This document shows, piece after piece, positions 1-9,694 of a stretch of DNA of 64,000 nt; position 1 is the first letter of the stretch, and the number at the start of each line of letters is the position of its first letter. The stretch lies in assembly GCA_031430855.1 (NCBI GenBank), contig JANPCG010000015.1:68522-132521 (forward strand), in the 5' to 3' direction. Both the position numbers and the translations under genes were made by a program. The stretch comes from Candidatus Kaiserbacteria bacterium (GTDB lineage Bacteria > Patescibacteriota > Minisyncoccia > Phycocordibacterales > UBA918). The notes under the pieces were generated by a model, which was not told the origin of the DNA, did not search any database, and saw only the letters and a list, made by a program, of their open reading frames with translations.

Positions 1-289
1 TGCCGCCAATTTGCGTCTTTTTGCCAGTGATTTCGCAGATTTTTGACATATAAAAGGTTTTTAGTTCGGCCATATTACCAGCTACTTCCATATATTGCAA
101 CCCCTTTCGCCCATCTACTAATCCCTCATCTGCGTTGTTGTCTGTGTCGCAGAAACTTTCACCGTACGTTTGTACGGCTCAAATTTCTACTCCTTGACGC
201 CTAGCATATGAGGGATTATTAAACGGGCTCATGTATCGAGAGACAGAGCGTTTTGCAACTACTTGTGTATAATATATAAATTACATTAT

Positions 290-931
290 ATGGAACCCAT
301 TCAAATCGCCCTGATTATTGCCCTCATTACCTCAATTATTATCCATGAGATGGCTCATGCCTACGCGGCGAACGCGCTTGGGGATCCGACGGCCCGTTTG
401 CAGGGCCGGCTTTCGCCCAACCCCTTAGTTCATATTGATCCATTAATGTCGGTGATCATCCCTGGGATTTTGATCCTCACCAACTCTCCCTTCCTATTTG
501 GGGCGGCTAAGCCGGTACCCTATAACCCGTATAACTTTAGTAATCAGAAGTGGGGGGAAGCCATTGTGGCAGTGGCCGGTCCGGTTTCCAATATTATTCT
601 CGCCTTGATTTTTGCTGGGCTTATACATATGTCTGATTTCTTGCCGGTTTCGGTCACGTTTACCCAGCTGGCGTTTCAGATTGTACTGATGAATCTCTTT
701 CTAGCCTTTTTTAACCTAGTTCCCATTCCGCCCTTGGATGGATCAAAGATCTTGCCTCGATTCCTGCCCTTTTCGCTGCGGATGTCATATGAACGGTTTC
801 GTAGCGCGATGGAGCAAAACATAGTTCTGGCCTTTGGCGTCATTATTATTGCGTTTATGTATGTCCTCGGGGCTCCGCTCGCTGCTCTCACGACTAAAGT
901 GGCACTGTTTCTCGTAAACGGTGGATTTTAA
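290..931 (+). CDS. Membrane zinc metalloprotease, site-2 protease (peptidase M50) family
   Basis: Multi-TM protein with HEMAH (HExxH) in the first TM region and a downstream LDGSKI (LDG) motif. The ORF runs 263..931; the likely start is the ATG at 290 (MEPIQIAL...), 17 nt downstream of TATAAT at 268-273. Confidence 0.6.
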   Translation: MEPIQIALIIALITSIIIHEMAHAYAANALGDPTARLQGRLSPNPLVHIDPLMSVIIPGILILTNSPFLFGAAKPVPYNPYNFSNQKWGEAIVAVAGPVSNIILALIFAGLIHMSDFLPVSVTFTQLAFQIVLMNLFLAFFNLVPIPPLDGSKILPRFLPFSLRMSYERFRSAMEQNIVLAFGVIIIAFMYVLGAPLAALTTKVALFLVNGGF

Positions 932-994
932 AGGTAGCGAGCGTATGCTTACCCTTGCAATATAAAGCTTTTGGTAGTATTCTAGCCGAGCTTT

Positions 995-1405
995 ATGGCA
1001 ACAATAAATCAATTAACAAAGAAGAAGCGTGTCGACCCGGCTACCAAGCGTAAGACGGGTGCGTTGTACATGGGCTTTAACTCAATCGAGAACAAGCCTA
1101 ATTACTACAACTCACCGTTTAAGCGTGGCGTATGTACCAAAGTGACTACCAAGACTCCGCGTAAGCCGAACTCTGCGATTCGAAAGATTGCTCGTGTTCG
1201 TCTTTCTAACGGAATGGAAATCACTGCGTATATCCCAGGTATCAAGCACACCCTCCAAGAGCACTCAGTGGTGCTCGTTCGTGGAGGTCGTGTGAAGGAC
1301 ATCGGCGTTAACTACACTATCGTTCGTGGAAAATACGATGCGACTGGTGTGGCGGAACGACGGATGGGGCGGTCACGGTACGGGGCCAAGCGTCCAAAGG
1401 CGTAA
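995..1405 (+). CDS. rpsL: 30S ribosomal protein S12
   Basis: [10 protein letters not shown]...[31 protein letters not shown]...[11 protein letters not shown] matches S12 along its full length. Confidence 0.95.
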   Translation: MATINQLTKKKRVDPATKRKTGALYMGFNSIENKPNYYNSPFKRGVCTKVTTKTPRKPNSAIRKIARVRLSNGMEITAYIPGIKHTLQEHSVVLVRGGRVKDIGVNYTIVRGKYDATGVAERRMGRSRYGAKRPKA

Positions 1406-1692
1406 TACTATTTTAAAATCGGCGATTAACTTTGTCGCACTACGGAAAATTTCGATCCTCGTACAATACGTACGTATCACTCATTTTTCCTTGCGTTTCT
1501 CGTTACTCATTCAATTTATAAAATAGTCAGTCAATAAAAGGCTGCTACGACTTAAAAAAGATTAATAGTCTATATTCGCTACAGATACTGGTTGAGATGC
1601 AAGGGTAACCTTCGGCATCAGAATATGCGAAGAATGAAAGCAGGCCTATGCCATACTCTCATTCTTAATTAAAAAAATTAAGAACTAATAAC
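1406..1692 (+). promoter_or_regulatory. Unusually long (287 nt) structured rpsL-rpsG intercistronic region, possibly the S7 autoregulatory site
   Basis: Several hairpins, for example GATGCAAGG-gtaa-CCTTcgGCATC and TTCTTAATT-a7-TTAAGAA. In characterised str operons S7 binds this spacer. Confidence 0.3.
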
Positions 1693-2163
1693 ATGCGACG
1701 TCCAATTAAAAAACGACCAGTCGTCAAACCAGACATCCAATTTGGATCTGTCGAGGTAGAACGACTCATCAACTACATCATGCTTCGCGGTCAAAAAGAA
1801 ACTGCGCGCAAGATTGTCTACGGTGCGTTTGAAGAAATCAAAAACCGAAAGGATGGAGGTGACCCAATCGAAGTATTTAATACCGCCGTACGTAACGCTG
1901 GTCCACTGATGGAAGTGCGTTCACGTAGAGTGGGAGGAGCTAACTATCAGGTGCCGCGCGAAGTACGACCAGAACGCCGTCTCGCGCTTGCCCTCCGTTG
2001 GATCATCACTGGTGCGCGTAACCAGAAAGGTGTCCCAATGCACAAGGCACTTGCGCAGGAACTCGTTCTCGCTGCCAAGGAAGAAGGAAATGCAGTGAAG
2101 AAGAAGGAGGATACGCACAAGATGGCTGAGGCGAACCGAGCGTTTGCACACTTCGCCTGGTAA
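1693..2163 (+). CDS. rpsG: 30S ribosomal protein S7
   Basis: [10 protein letters not shown]...[22 protein letters not shown]...[14 protein letters not shown] matches S7. Confidence 0.95.
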   Translation: MRRPIKKRPVVKPDIQFGSVEVERLINYIMLRGQKETARKIVYGAFEEIKNRKDGGDPIEVFNTAVRNAGPLMEVRSRRVGGANYQVPREVRPERRLALALRWIITGARNQKGVPMHKALAQELVLAAKEEGNAVKKKEDTHKMAEANRAFAHFAW

Positions 2164-2196
2164 TTCCATTTTGAACGAACTACTTCGTTGAACTAC

Positions 2197-2243
2197 GAAA
2201 AAAGACCCTCGCTGGACACTTGTCCCACTTGGGTCTTTTTTCT
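2197..2243 (+). terminator. Rho-independent terminator after rpsG
   Basis: AAAAAAGACCC...GGACAcTTGTCC...GGGTCTTTTTT, a nested GC stem followed by a T-run. Confidence 0.6.
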
Positions 2244-2305
2244 GGTGCTCCGCGTGATTCATCTTAAATTTTGTTTTCTTGTTTTCTTGAAATGAATTAT
2301 GCAAA

Positions 2306-2566
2306 TTAATTCCATAATTTACTCAGCAGACCATCTTTTGGTGCAGCTCCTAATATATAAATGAAAATGTAACTACACACAGCGTAGACATTATCTTCGA
2401 CCTTTATCCAATCACCGTTGTAAATGTGATTAGCCTGTACGCATATGAATCCGAATAAAAGTAACAGCGGAATGCCAATGGTAACTAGAGGAACAATAAT
2501 GGGTATACAGTTTGCGAAACTTTGTTCCCAAGATTTTGATATTTTGTTTTTACGATAGGTTTTCAT
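2306..2566 (-). CDS. Small hydrophobic membrane protein (hypothetical); overlaps the 3' end of the upstream gene by 17 nt
   Basis: 86-aa ORF with one to two predicted TM helices (IPIIVPLVTIGIPLLLLFGFICV). Its overlap with 2550..3311 suggests translational coupling. Confidence 0.35.
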   Translation of the reverse strand: MKTYRKNKISKSWEQSFANCIPIIVPLVTIGIPLLLLFGFICVQANHIYNGDWIKVEDNVYAVCSYIFIYILGAAPKDGLLSKLWN

Positions 2567-3311
2567 TACTTAAATTAGCGCTTGATTCATCAAATGCGTC
2601 CTCTAGTGCCCTGAGGGCAGTCTTAATCTCTTTCGTTAGACCAAATTTTGAATCAATCACAATTTTCCAGTTAGCTCCTTGTAATAAACGTTGGTGACCG
2701 TATTCTCCAGTTTGATTTATTTGAGAGCTGGCTGGACTCTGTAACGACTCAGTATTAGTGTTTTCATTCGCCGAGATTTCTTTGGTGGCGTTCATAAATG
2801 AAGATAAAATTCCATTTTCATCAAGCAAGCGTGAAAATTTCATTGTTTCAACGAAAGCAGCGACTGCTTCCGGTGCGGCCGTGGGACTAATCCCATAATC
2901 CGCACGTAGTACATTTTGTAGCATCGCTGGTAGTTTTTCTCCTGAGTACTTGCTCAGAAGGAGAGAGTACAGATTTGGTTGCTTTGCCGCTTCGATAATT
3001 GCCATCTCTTTATCTTCATTTGAAATTGGAAATAAAATACGATTTGCGAGAATACTTACAGTATATCTGTCTCCAGTACGGTCGAGTAGGCCAAAATGAG
3101 TCATAGCCGCAATTTTTCTTGCAGAAGCTCCTGATAATCCTGAATAACCAATCCCAACAGCAGCTGCACTTCGTTTGTGCGGGCCTTGGCCCAATTTCTC
3201 TCTAAGTTTAAACACTAGTTCAACTGACTCACCTAAACCAATGCCAGGGTACGCAGTACTACGTTCCCTTTGCCGCTTAACCTCGTTACTGAGCGATTTA
3301 TCTTTATCCAT
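2550..3311 (-). CDS. Hypothetical cytoplasmic protein (253 aa), no recognisable domain
   Basis: Long ORF with coding-like composition. It is the first gene of the accessory block that interrupts the rpsG|fusA junction. Confidence 0.5.
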   Translation of the reverse strand: MDKDKSLSNEVKRQRERSTAYPGIGLGESVELVFKLREKLGQGPHKRSAAAVGIGYSGLSGASARKIAAMTHFGLLDRTGDRYTVSILANRILFPISNEDKEMAIIEAAKQPNLYSLLLSKYSGEKLPAMLQNVLRADYGISPTAAPEAVAAFVETMKFSRLLDENGILSSFMNATKEISANENTNTESLQSPASSQINQTGEYGHQRLLQGANWKIVIDSKFGLTKEIKTALRALEDAFDESSANLSNENLS

Positions 3312-3552
3312 AACTTGAAATGTTAATAATTATGAGTATATTGTACTAAAATGATAGTTATACGTCAAATATCCATATAAATAGGGATATTAATAATAAG
3401 TTATAAGTTACCGTGACTTTAGACTGTGGATAACTCAGTAATAATGGGGATAGTTTAATAAAATCATATGATTAGCTCGATTTATCACCCGGAATCTTTG
3501 CTTAAACAAGCCTTAGGCAGAAAGACAATTTGCTATACTTTGAATATCTATT

Positions 3553-3969
3553 ATGTTGCTCTATCACGCCTCAGCTCACAAATTTTCAGTCATTAAACGT
3601 AATCAGGCGACTGTGGCTGAAGGGTTAGAGGTGCCGGAAGGTGAGTTGCAAAATAAAATCTATCTCACGCCGAGTTTTGGATTTGCGATTGCGATGGCGG
3701 CTGGTCCGACTGGGATTACGAGTATTAGTGACGATGGGGCCGAGATTAGTTTTGAAAATATGAATGATTTTGATTCTGAGTCGTCAGTGTATGTCTACGC
3801 TGTTGAGAGTGAGAATCTGCCACCAGAAAAATTAGAACAGATTGATGAAAATCAATTTACGCTTGATCTGGATGAATTGCTTCCTGAGTCAGTTGCTGAG
3901 TACCAGGCCAAAGAAGTTTTTAATTATTATCGCCTCGTTGATTTTATCCATCCAGCTGATAGAGGGTAG
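3553..3969 (+). CDS. Hypothetical highly acidic protein (138 aa)
   Basis: D/E-rich ORF (..DDGAEISFENMNDFDSESS..EKLEQIDENQFTLDLDELLPE..) with no identifiable domain. Confidence 0.45.
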   Translation: MLLYHASAHKFSVIKRNQATVAEGLEVPEGELQNKIYLTPSFGFAIAMAAGPTGITSISDDGAEISFENMNDFDSESSVYVYAVESENLPPEKLEQIDENQFTLDLDELLPESVAEYQAKEVFNYYRLVDFIHPADRG

Positions 3970-3976
3970 ATTTTAA

Positions 3977-4327
3977 TTACAGACTCGCGCCGTCGTATTC
4001 GTTAACTTTGACTTGAAAAAGATCAAAGTTTTCGAGGCAGTTGAGGTTAATCATTGTCATGTAGTTACCGTTACCATCATGCCCGTGACCAAACGATTGA
4101 ACGCCGCAGACTTTGCAGAAGGTGTGGTCGATGTGGTTTTTATTGAACTGATAGGTGGTCTGCGCGTCAGCGCCCGCAAGGAGTGTGAATTCATTGTCGG
4201 GCACAAATGCGAGTAAAAAACCCTTTCGTCTGCAGTGTGAGCAGTTGCAATGCATGCCTTCAGTAAAGTCACCAGTAACGCTATAGGTTACCGCTTTGCA
4301 GTGGCAACTACCATGATATGTTTTCAT
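3977..4327 (-). CDS. GFA (glutathione-dependent formaldehyde-activating / CENP-V-like) zinc-binding family protein
   Basis: GSCHCKAV...CNCSHCRRKG...CKVCG matches the Cys spacing of the GFA family. Confidence 0.75.
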   Translation of the reverse strand: MKTYHGSCHCKAVTYSVTGDFTEGMHCNCSHCRRKGFLLAFVPDNEFTLLAGADAQTTYQFNKNHIDHTFCKVCGVQSFGHGHDGNGNYMTMINLNCLENFDLFQVKVNEYDGASL

Positions 4328-4441
4328 CAGGAAAGTATACCAAATTATTTTTTGTCCCCAGGATCATCTAGTTAATTGGAACGTGTAGTATATAGTAAAA
4401 ATATTGGGGGATAGCTGGGATACCAGCTATCCCGTTTTGCA

Positions 4442-7400
4442 TTGTTGATATTATTTACTCGTTCATCATTTATTGCCATGACTAAAATCCTAACCACTTT
4501 TAATAAAATTGTAATTATTTTATTTGTTGCAATTACGTTTATCTTAGGAGGTGTGTCGGCCTACGCTCAAACTACTTTAGTGAACAGTAAAACAGCTGTA
4601 ACTATTGAGTCGCTATTAAGACAAATTTCTGAAATTAGGGTTATGGTGCACCAGTTAGGAGGTGTACCAAAGGTGCTTGGCGCTACAACTGTTTCAACGG
4701 TGGCTGAATTTGATGCGGCGATTAAAAAAGCAGTCTCGGGTGACGTAATCTACCTTTCTCCGGGGGTATACAATCTTGATACCTTTTCAGGTGGTACCTA
4801 CCGTATTACAAATCGAATTTTTTCTGCCACCAACCCCGTAATTATTCGGTCAGCTTTAGCGAGTAATCCAGCCGTCCTTCTTGCCGGAGATCTTCAGATT
4901 TCGGGAACAACCGGTTTGCGTTTTGAAAACGTAAAAGTAACTGACGATCAGGCGGGACGTGGTTATAGTAGCCCGATGATGACTATACGAAATAGTAAAA
5001 ATATTACTTTTGCCGGTACGGTATTTCGTGGGTATGTACTTAAGTCAACAGAAGGAGTTCTGGCTTCAGTAACAACGAGTCGTGATGTGCCAATTTCAAA
5101 TTATCCATATGGCGCAGGGGTTCATGTATTCGATTCATCATATGTAATGTTTGATACTGTTGATATGGCTGATTATATTATCAATCTAGTTTTCAGTGAG
5201 TCTGATAATGTAACGCTGCGAAATTCTCATATCCATCATGTTCGCTCTGACTTTTTGAGAATTGTTGGTAGTCAAGATGTTCTTATAGATCGAAATCAGT
5301 TCAATACACCAATGGGGATCCATCGGAGTCAATTAAAAGTAGGGGCAACAGATGGTGATCACGTGGACGGTATCCAATACTACATTGCGGGTACTGGTGA
5401 AAGTATCGAAAGAGTAGTCATGAGTAATAACGTGTTTCTCGAAGCCGGTGCCAGTCATATGCAAAATATGTTTGGTCGTGGTAATGCTGGCCAAGCAGGT
5501 GATTTTATAAGAGATTTCCAATACTTTAATAATGTTGTGTACTCGACCAATCCGAAAGGTATCTCTATTGGAGATATGCAAAATGCCAAGGTGCACCACA
5601 ATACCTTCATCTATGCTGGAGGCTATGAAACTATTAGTACAAACACCTTAATTAATGCGCCAGGGATTGAATTAAATGAAATTGAGAACAACGGTACTGC
5701 GAATAAGCCTGAGTTAGCTCTAAGAAATATTGAAGTACACGACAATATCATTGGTTACACGAACGCTTTTACAAAAGAGAACGGCGTAACAATTAGAGAT
5801 GAATCAAATACCCTCAGAGGTTCAGCAAAAACTGCCTTTATGAATGAGCGAAATATTGTTATGAACAACAATATTCAAATGAGTGCAACTGCGAGCGACA
5901 TTGACTCGTTTAGTAAATTACTAAAAAATTGGAATGCAGGTATGATTGCCAATGTTAGTGACCTTGAACTGAACGAAGCCGGTAAAGTTTTTGCTAAAGG
6001 AGCGGGAAGTCCATTTAGTCATAATTCCGCAAATGCTCCAAAGCGACCACTGTTGTCTAACTCTGGTTTAGCTAGTTGGCCACCACGAGCAATATCTATT
6101 GAGGGGAAATTTCCAAATTACCGAGATACTGCTTCATACGGAGCTACTCCAGTGGGAGGCGGCTCAGTCGGGGGTGGAACACCAATTATAATTTCCGCAT
6201 CAACCACGCCAAAACTTGGAGAAACTATAATCACTATTGGTGATGCAAATGTGCGCAGTTTATATGGTTTAACAAGTGTACTACTTGGAGCTCAGCCAAT
6301 TAATAGCATAGGAACAGTTGTTAGTCCCGTATCACAAACTGCCGGTGGCTACACATGGGTTAATGTTAATTTTAGTACGGGTGTTGATGGATGGGTAGCT
6401 ACAACGCGTATTAAACTAACTACCGCTGTACCGACGCCCACTATAGTTGATACTGATAAAGATGGAGTGGCTGATGCTGTAGATAATTGTGTATTGATCA
6501 GTAATACAAATCAGCTTGATACTGATGGTGACAAAGTAGGGAACGCGTGTGATGCTACTCCTAATGGCACCGCCATACCGGCCCCGAGTGCAAATCCAAA
6601 TAATGTACTCAGTGCAGCAAAAATAATTGCTACGTCTAATAATTTTGAAATAAATCATACCGTTGATAATTTGTTTGATGGATGTCTTACGGTAGCGCTT
6701 GGTTGTTCAGCTGGGTCAGAAGTAGCTGAGACATTCTGGGTAGAATTTGATCTTGGCGCAAATTACAATTTGGCGTCTACTCGTATCTTTGGTGATACAT
6801 TGGGTACCTGGCATTCACGAACATGGAGTTTTGAAACTAAGCTCACCGCTAGTGCTACCTATCAAAAAGTATTTACGAGTGCAGATGTGTATGGTTCGAC
6901 CTGGTTTGAGCGCCCATTAGGAACAACTGGACGATACGTGAAAGTAACCGTACATGGAACGCCAGGAACAGGCAGAGTACAGGCAATGGAGTTAGAGCTA
7001 CTGGGTACCCTTGCCCCGATTGTAGTGCCTAGTCCAACTATTGATACAGACGCAGATGGAGTGGTAGATAGAGCAGATAACTGTCCGACCATACGTAATG
7101 CAGGACAGTGGGATAAAGACAGAGATGGTATTGGTAACGTCTGTGATCCTGATTACCGTACTGTAGCGACAACAACCCCACCAGTGGTAACCAATCCTCC
7201 AGTAGCATATGCAGGCACGGACAGAACTATTTATCTTCCAACAAACTCAGCTACCCCTGAAGACCAGAGTATTGAAAACTCTGAAGCCACCACCGTTACC
7301 TATCTCTGGACTCTGCGTGAAAGAGATTCTGGTACAAATGTCCCTGTTATTACCAACAGCAAAACGCTTGTTCCAACATTTAGCTCACTCTCTGCTGGTG

Positions 7401-8296
7401 ATTATATCTTTCGCTTGACCGTGACCGACAATCTCGGTCGTGTACATACAGATGATATGAAAGTAACGGTTATGAGAGCAACCCAAGATGGCACAGTTAT
7501 TACCAATCCTACGGGAGGTAGTATCACTGGTCTTAAAACCAATCCAAAAATATTATTTGTGGGTAATTCATACACGTATGCGGCCCCCGGTGGTAATCGT
7601 GAAGAAAGTGCCTCCGGTATGTTTATGAGGATGTTGAAATTAAAGGCATCGGGCGCCACTCATGATTTGTCGGTAATTGGTGGTTCAGTGATGAGCGAAT
7701 TGTGGAATTGGGTAGATAAACCAGCACAGTATAATCCAAAAACTCGCCTTGAGTCCGGTGACTACGACCTGTTGGTGCTCCAAAGTGGCGATGGCTTGCT
7801 GACAAGTGGTAGTCAAGCTGATTATGAAAAGTATTCAGATTTATTTATAAACTTAGCAAAGAACAATGGTAGCAACGTGCTGCTCTATGGTATTTGGGCT
7901 CCCGATAACATGATTAGTATTAGTAAGGGTGAGACGATTGCAACTAATGCTCACGCTTTCTACACCACTACCGCCAATCGAAACGCCACCGGTTATGCTG
8001 CTTCTGGAAAAGCATATACTGAAGCCTATAAAAAATTCACTGAGCTCTATGGTAATGGGGACGATGGGCAGACTGCTGAAAACATGTTGACTTACGATAG
8101 TGTGCACGCTGCTCCGCCGGCTGCGTACCTCGCTGCCAATATGCTGTATTTAGCTGCCTTTAATGTTAATCCACCAACCCCAAGTGAATTTTTGCCTGCT
8201 GGAGTGACAATTGCAGATGCTAAAATACTTCAAGCTATAGCCATAGAGTCACACGCAAAATATGGTATTAACGTAGCTAATTCCTGGTATAAGTAA
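4442..8296 (+). CDS. Giant secreted/surface multidomain protein (1284 aa): signal anchor, beta-helix, SH3b-like, TSP3, discoidin, PKD and SGNH-hydrolase-like modules
   Basis: N-terminal TM/signal (cleavage near AYA|QT). Residues ~80-450 carry NxxN/I-rich parallel beta-helix repeats. An SH3b-like segment (GDANVRSL...GWVATTRI) follows. Two thrombospondin type-3 Ca-binding motifs are present (DTDKDGVADAVDNC; DTDADGVVDRADNC...DKDRDGIGNVCD). An F5/8 type C (discoidin)-like block (FWVEFDLGANYNL...GRYVKV) and a PKD-like block (AYAGTDRTIYL...YIFRLTVTDNLG) follow. The C-terminal ~330 aa carries ILFVGNSYTY...DSVH, resembling an SGNH/DUF4886-type esterase. Confidence 0.8.
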   Translation: MLILFTRSSFIAMTKILTTFNKIVIILFVAITFILGGVSAYAQTTLVNSKTAVTIESLLRQISEIRVMVHQLGGVPKVLGATTVSTVAEFDAAIKKAVSGDVIYLSPGVYNLDTFSGGTYRITNRIFSATNPVIIRSALASNPAVLLAGDLQISGTTGLRFENVKVTDDQAGRGYSSPMMTIRNSKNITFAGTVFRGYVLKSTEGVLASVTTSRDVPISNYPYGAGVHVFDSSYVMFDTVDMADYIINLVFSESDNVTLRNSHIHHVRSDFLRIVGSQDVLIDRNQFNTPMGIHRSQLKVGATDGDHVDGIQYYIAGTGESIERVVMSNNVFLEAGASHMQNMFGRGNAGQAGDFIRDFQYFNNVVYSTNPKGISIGDMQNAKVHHNTFIYAGGYETISTNTLINAPGIELNEIENNGTANKPELALRNIEVHDNIIGYTNAFTKENGVTIRDESNTLRGSAKTAFMNERNIVMNNNIQMSATASDIDSFSKLLKNWNAGMIANVSDLELNEAGKVFAKGAGSPFSHNSANAPKRPLLSNSGLASWPPRAISIEGKFPNYRDTASYGATPVGGGSVGGGTPIIISASTTPKLGETIITIGDANVRSLYGLTSVLLGAQPINSIGTVVSPVSQTAGGYTWVNVNFSTGVDGWVATTRIKLTTAVPTPTIVDTDKDGVADAVDNCVLISNTNQLDTDGDKVGNACDATPNGTAIPAPSANPNNVLSAAKIIATSNNFEINHTVDNLFDGCLTVALGCSAGSEVAETFWVEFDLGANYNLASTRIFGDTLGTWHSRTWSFETKLTASATYQKVFTSADVYGSTWFERPLGTTGRYVKVTVHGTPGTGRVQAMELELLGTLAPIVVPSPTIDTDADGVVDRADNCPTIRNAGQWDKDRDGIGNVCDPDYRTVATTTPPVVTNPPVAYAGTDRTIYLPTNSATPEDQSIENSEATTVTYLWTLRERDSGTNVPVITNSKTLVPTFSSLSAGDYIFRLTVTDNLGRVHTDDMKVTVMRATQDGTVITNPTGGSITGLKTNPKILFVGNSYTYAAPGGNREESASGMFMRMLKLKASGATHDLSVIGGSVMSELWNWVDKPAQYNPKTRLESGDYDLLVLQSGDGLLTSGSQADYEKYSDLFINLAKNNGSNVLLYGIWAPDNMISISKGETIATNAHAFYTTTANRNATGYAASGKAYTEAYKKFTELYGNGDDGQTAENMLTYDSVHAAPPAAYLAANMLYLAAFNVNPPTPSEFLPAGVTIADAKILQAIAIESHAKYGINVANSWYK

Positions 8297-8510
8297 AATC
8301 AAGCAACTTCAAATAATTGATTTGGAGAATGCTTATTTCACCAACTCAGAGTAGTCTGTGACGTTATGGGAAAATAAAGAGCACGGTACCTTGGTATCGG
8401 CTTTTTGATTTACTACTAGAACTGCCGATATGGTTTTTATAGAATAAAATTTACGTTTAATTTTATAGTTAAACCGGGTAACAAGTTAGGCAATAAATTG
8501 CAAGAACATA

Positions 8511-8524
8511 TACAGACGTCTGTA
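8511..8524. promoter_or_regulatory. Perfect 14-bp palindrome TACAGACGTCTGTA about 40 nt upstream of the 8564 start, a candidate operator
   Basis: The palindrome is visible directly in the sequence. It precedes GGAGGG-N6-ATG(8564). Confidence 0.25.
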
Positions 8525-8563
8525 GTATGCTACAGGGGGCGTGTCAAATTAATGGAGGGATCC

Positions 8564-8851
8564 ATGGAAGTAAAAGATTGGGTTGGTGTCTGCAATGGTA
8601 TTGCTCTCGTGATTCTTGATGATCAAGGTCAGGTAGAGGTGGCGGAACTAGTAGCGGCTGGTAACCTGTCTCGTGCACAGCTCCTGCTCGTCGCTCATGC
8701 TGACTATCTGTATGAGGATGAAAGGTTGTCGCGCATTGAGCGCGATGAACTGCATCGTCAGCTGGGTCTCGCCGCCCGCGAGGTCGTAGAGATTCAGAAT
8801 ACCCACCAGTACATTGGAATTCGCGGAATTCTCAGTCAAAACAAAAGATGA
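8564..8851 (+). CDS. Hypothetical protein (96 aa from the internal ATG with a good SD; the ORF extends up to 8498)
   Basis: GGAGGG lies 7 nt upstream of ATG 8564. No domain recognised. Confidence 0.35.
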   Translation: MEVKDWVGVCNGIALVILDDQGQVEVAELVAAGNLSRAQLLLVAHADYLYEDERLSRIERDELHRQLGLAAREVVEIQNTHQYIGIRGILSQNKR

Positions 8852-8879
8852 GAAGATGGGAGAGAAAGGAAGTCACAAA

Positions 8880-9098
8880 CTGCGGTTGCTGTTTGTGAGT
8901 AGGCGAAAAGAAGGTTCGCAGTCTGAGTCTGTCCCCGCTTCACACGCAGGTGAGTCGCAGGTTCCAGGCCAGGCAATCAGGCGATTTTTCAATTTCGCTC
9001 ATGCTGAAGGTTCGCTGCTACGGAATCAGGTTGAGACCAGACGGACTGAAGGTTAAGGCAGCAAAAGGTCAGTCCGGTGGGCTGACCTTTTCCTTTTG
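8880..9098 (+). ncRNA. Possible small structured RNA ending in an intrinsic terminator
   Basis: GC-rich segment with repeated GAAGGTTCGC/CTGAAGGTT blocks and no convincing ORF. It ends in AAAAGGTCAG-tccggtgg-gCTGACCTTTTCCTTTT (9062-9098). Confidence 0.2.
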
Positions 9099-9238
9099 TG
9101 ATGTATTCGACTCCCCACTTTGGGGACGGGTACTTTTATTGCCCATAATTACGATGAAATGACAGGGTTATTCTACAGTACACCTCATATTTATCCCGAC
9201 CGCTCAATAAAAAATGAAACACATACGCTATACTGTAA

Positions 9239-9670
9239 GTGATGGAAAAGACTCCAAAAAAAGAGCAGTCAGAGCAGATTTCGCTCGTTGAACAAAAGCG
9301 CGTTGAAGCATTAGCTTCAGTTCTCGATGATCTTGATGTTCGATTTCCGGTAGAGATGAAGCGAACGTTTATCTCTAATGAACGGGAGTATGCGCTTACG
9401 AGTCCGGCTGATTGTATGGTGGCCTTTGCACAACAAAATCGAGAGGCAGTGGAAGCGTTATATAAAGAAATTCTTACTAAAGATGATTATCGGGCAGAGC
9501 AAGCGGTGGTAAAGATCCTTAAATTATTTGAGGCCTATGAAAAAACGGTCGCTCTTTATGCAGAACTCTCGAGTTACTATCCGGTTGCAGCTGCGCGCGT
9601 AACCGAGAAGTTGCCACCACTGTCGGAAATTACCACCCATGGTACGGAAGTATGGAATGAAATTAAGTAG
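9239..9670 (+). CDS. Hypothetical helical protein (143 aa)
   Basis: ORF with TATACT 12 nt upstream. Starts at GTG 9239 or ATG 9242. No domain recognised. Confidence 0.45.
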   Translation: MMEKTPKKEQSEQISLVEQKRVEALASVLDDLDVRFPVEMKRTFISNEREYALTSPADCMVAFAQQNREAVEALYKEILTKDDYRAEQAVVKILKLFEAYEKTVALYAELSSYYPVAAARVTEKLPPLSEITTHGTEVWNEIK

Positions 9671-9694
9671 CGTTCGTTAGTTCTTTATTTATAT

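Noticed and set aside
5333-8107. Multiple 60-88-aa ORFs antisense to or overlapping the 1284-aa gene (5333..5599, 6416..6658, 6862..7092, 7402..7659, 7623..7805, 7853..8107)
   Set aside because: They lie inside a long ORF with clear domain structure on the opposite strand. They are low complexity with no start context. These are typical shadow ORFs.
8814-9162. ORFs 8814..9056 and 8950..9162 as protein-coding genes
   Set aside because: They overlap each other, have biased composition and no start signals, and coincide with a hairpin-rich segment that ends in a terminator. This is more consistent with a non-coding RNA or leader.
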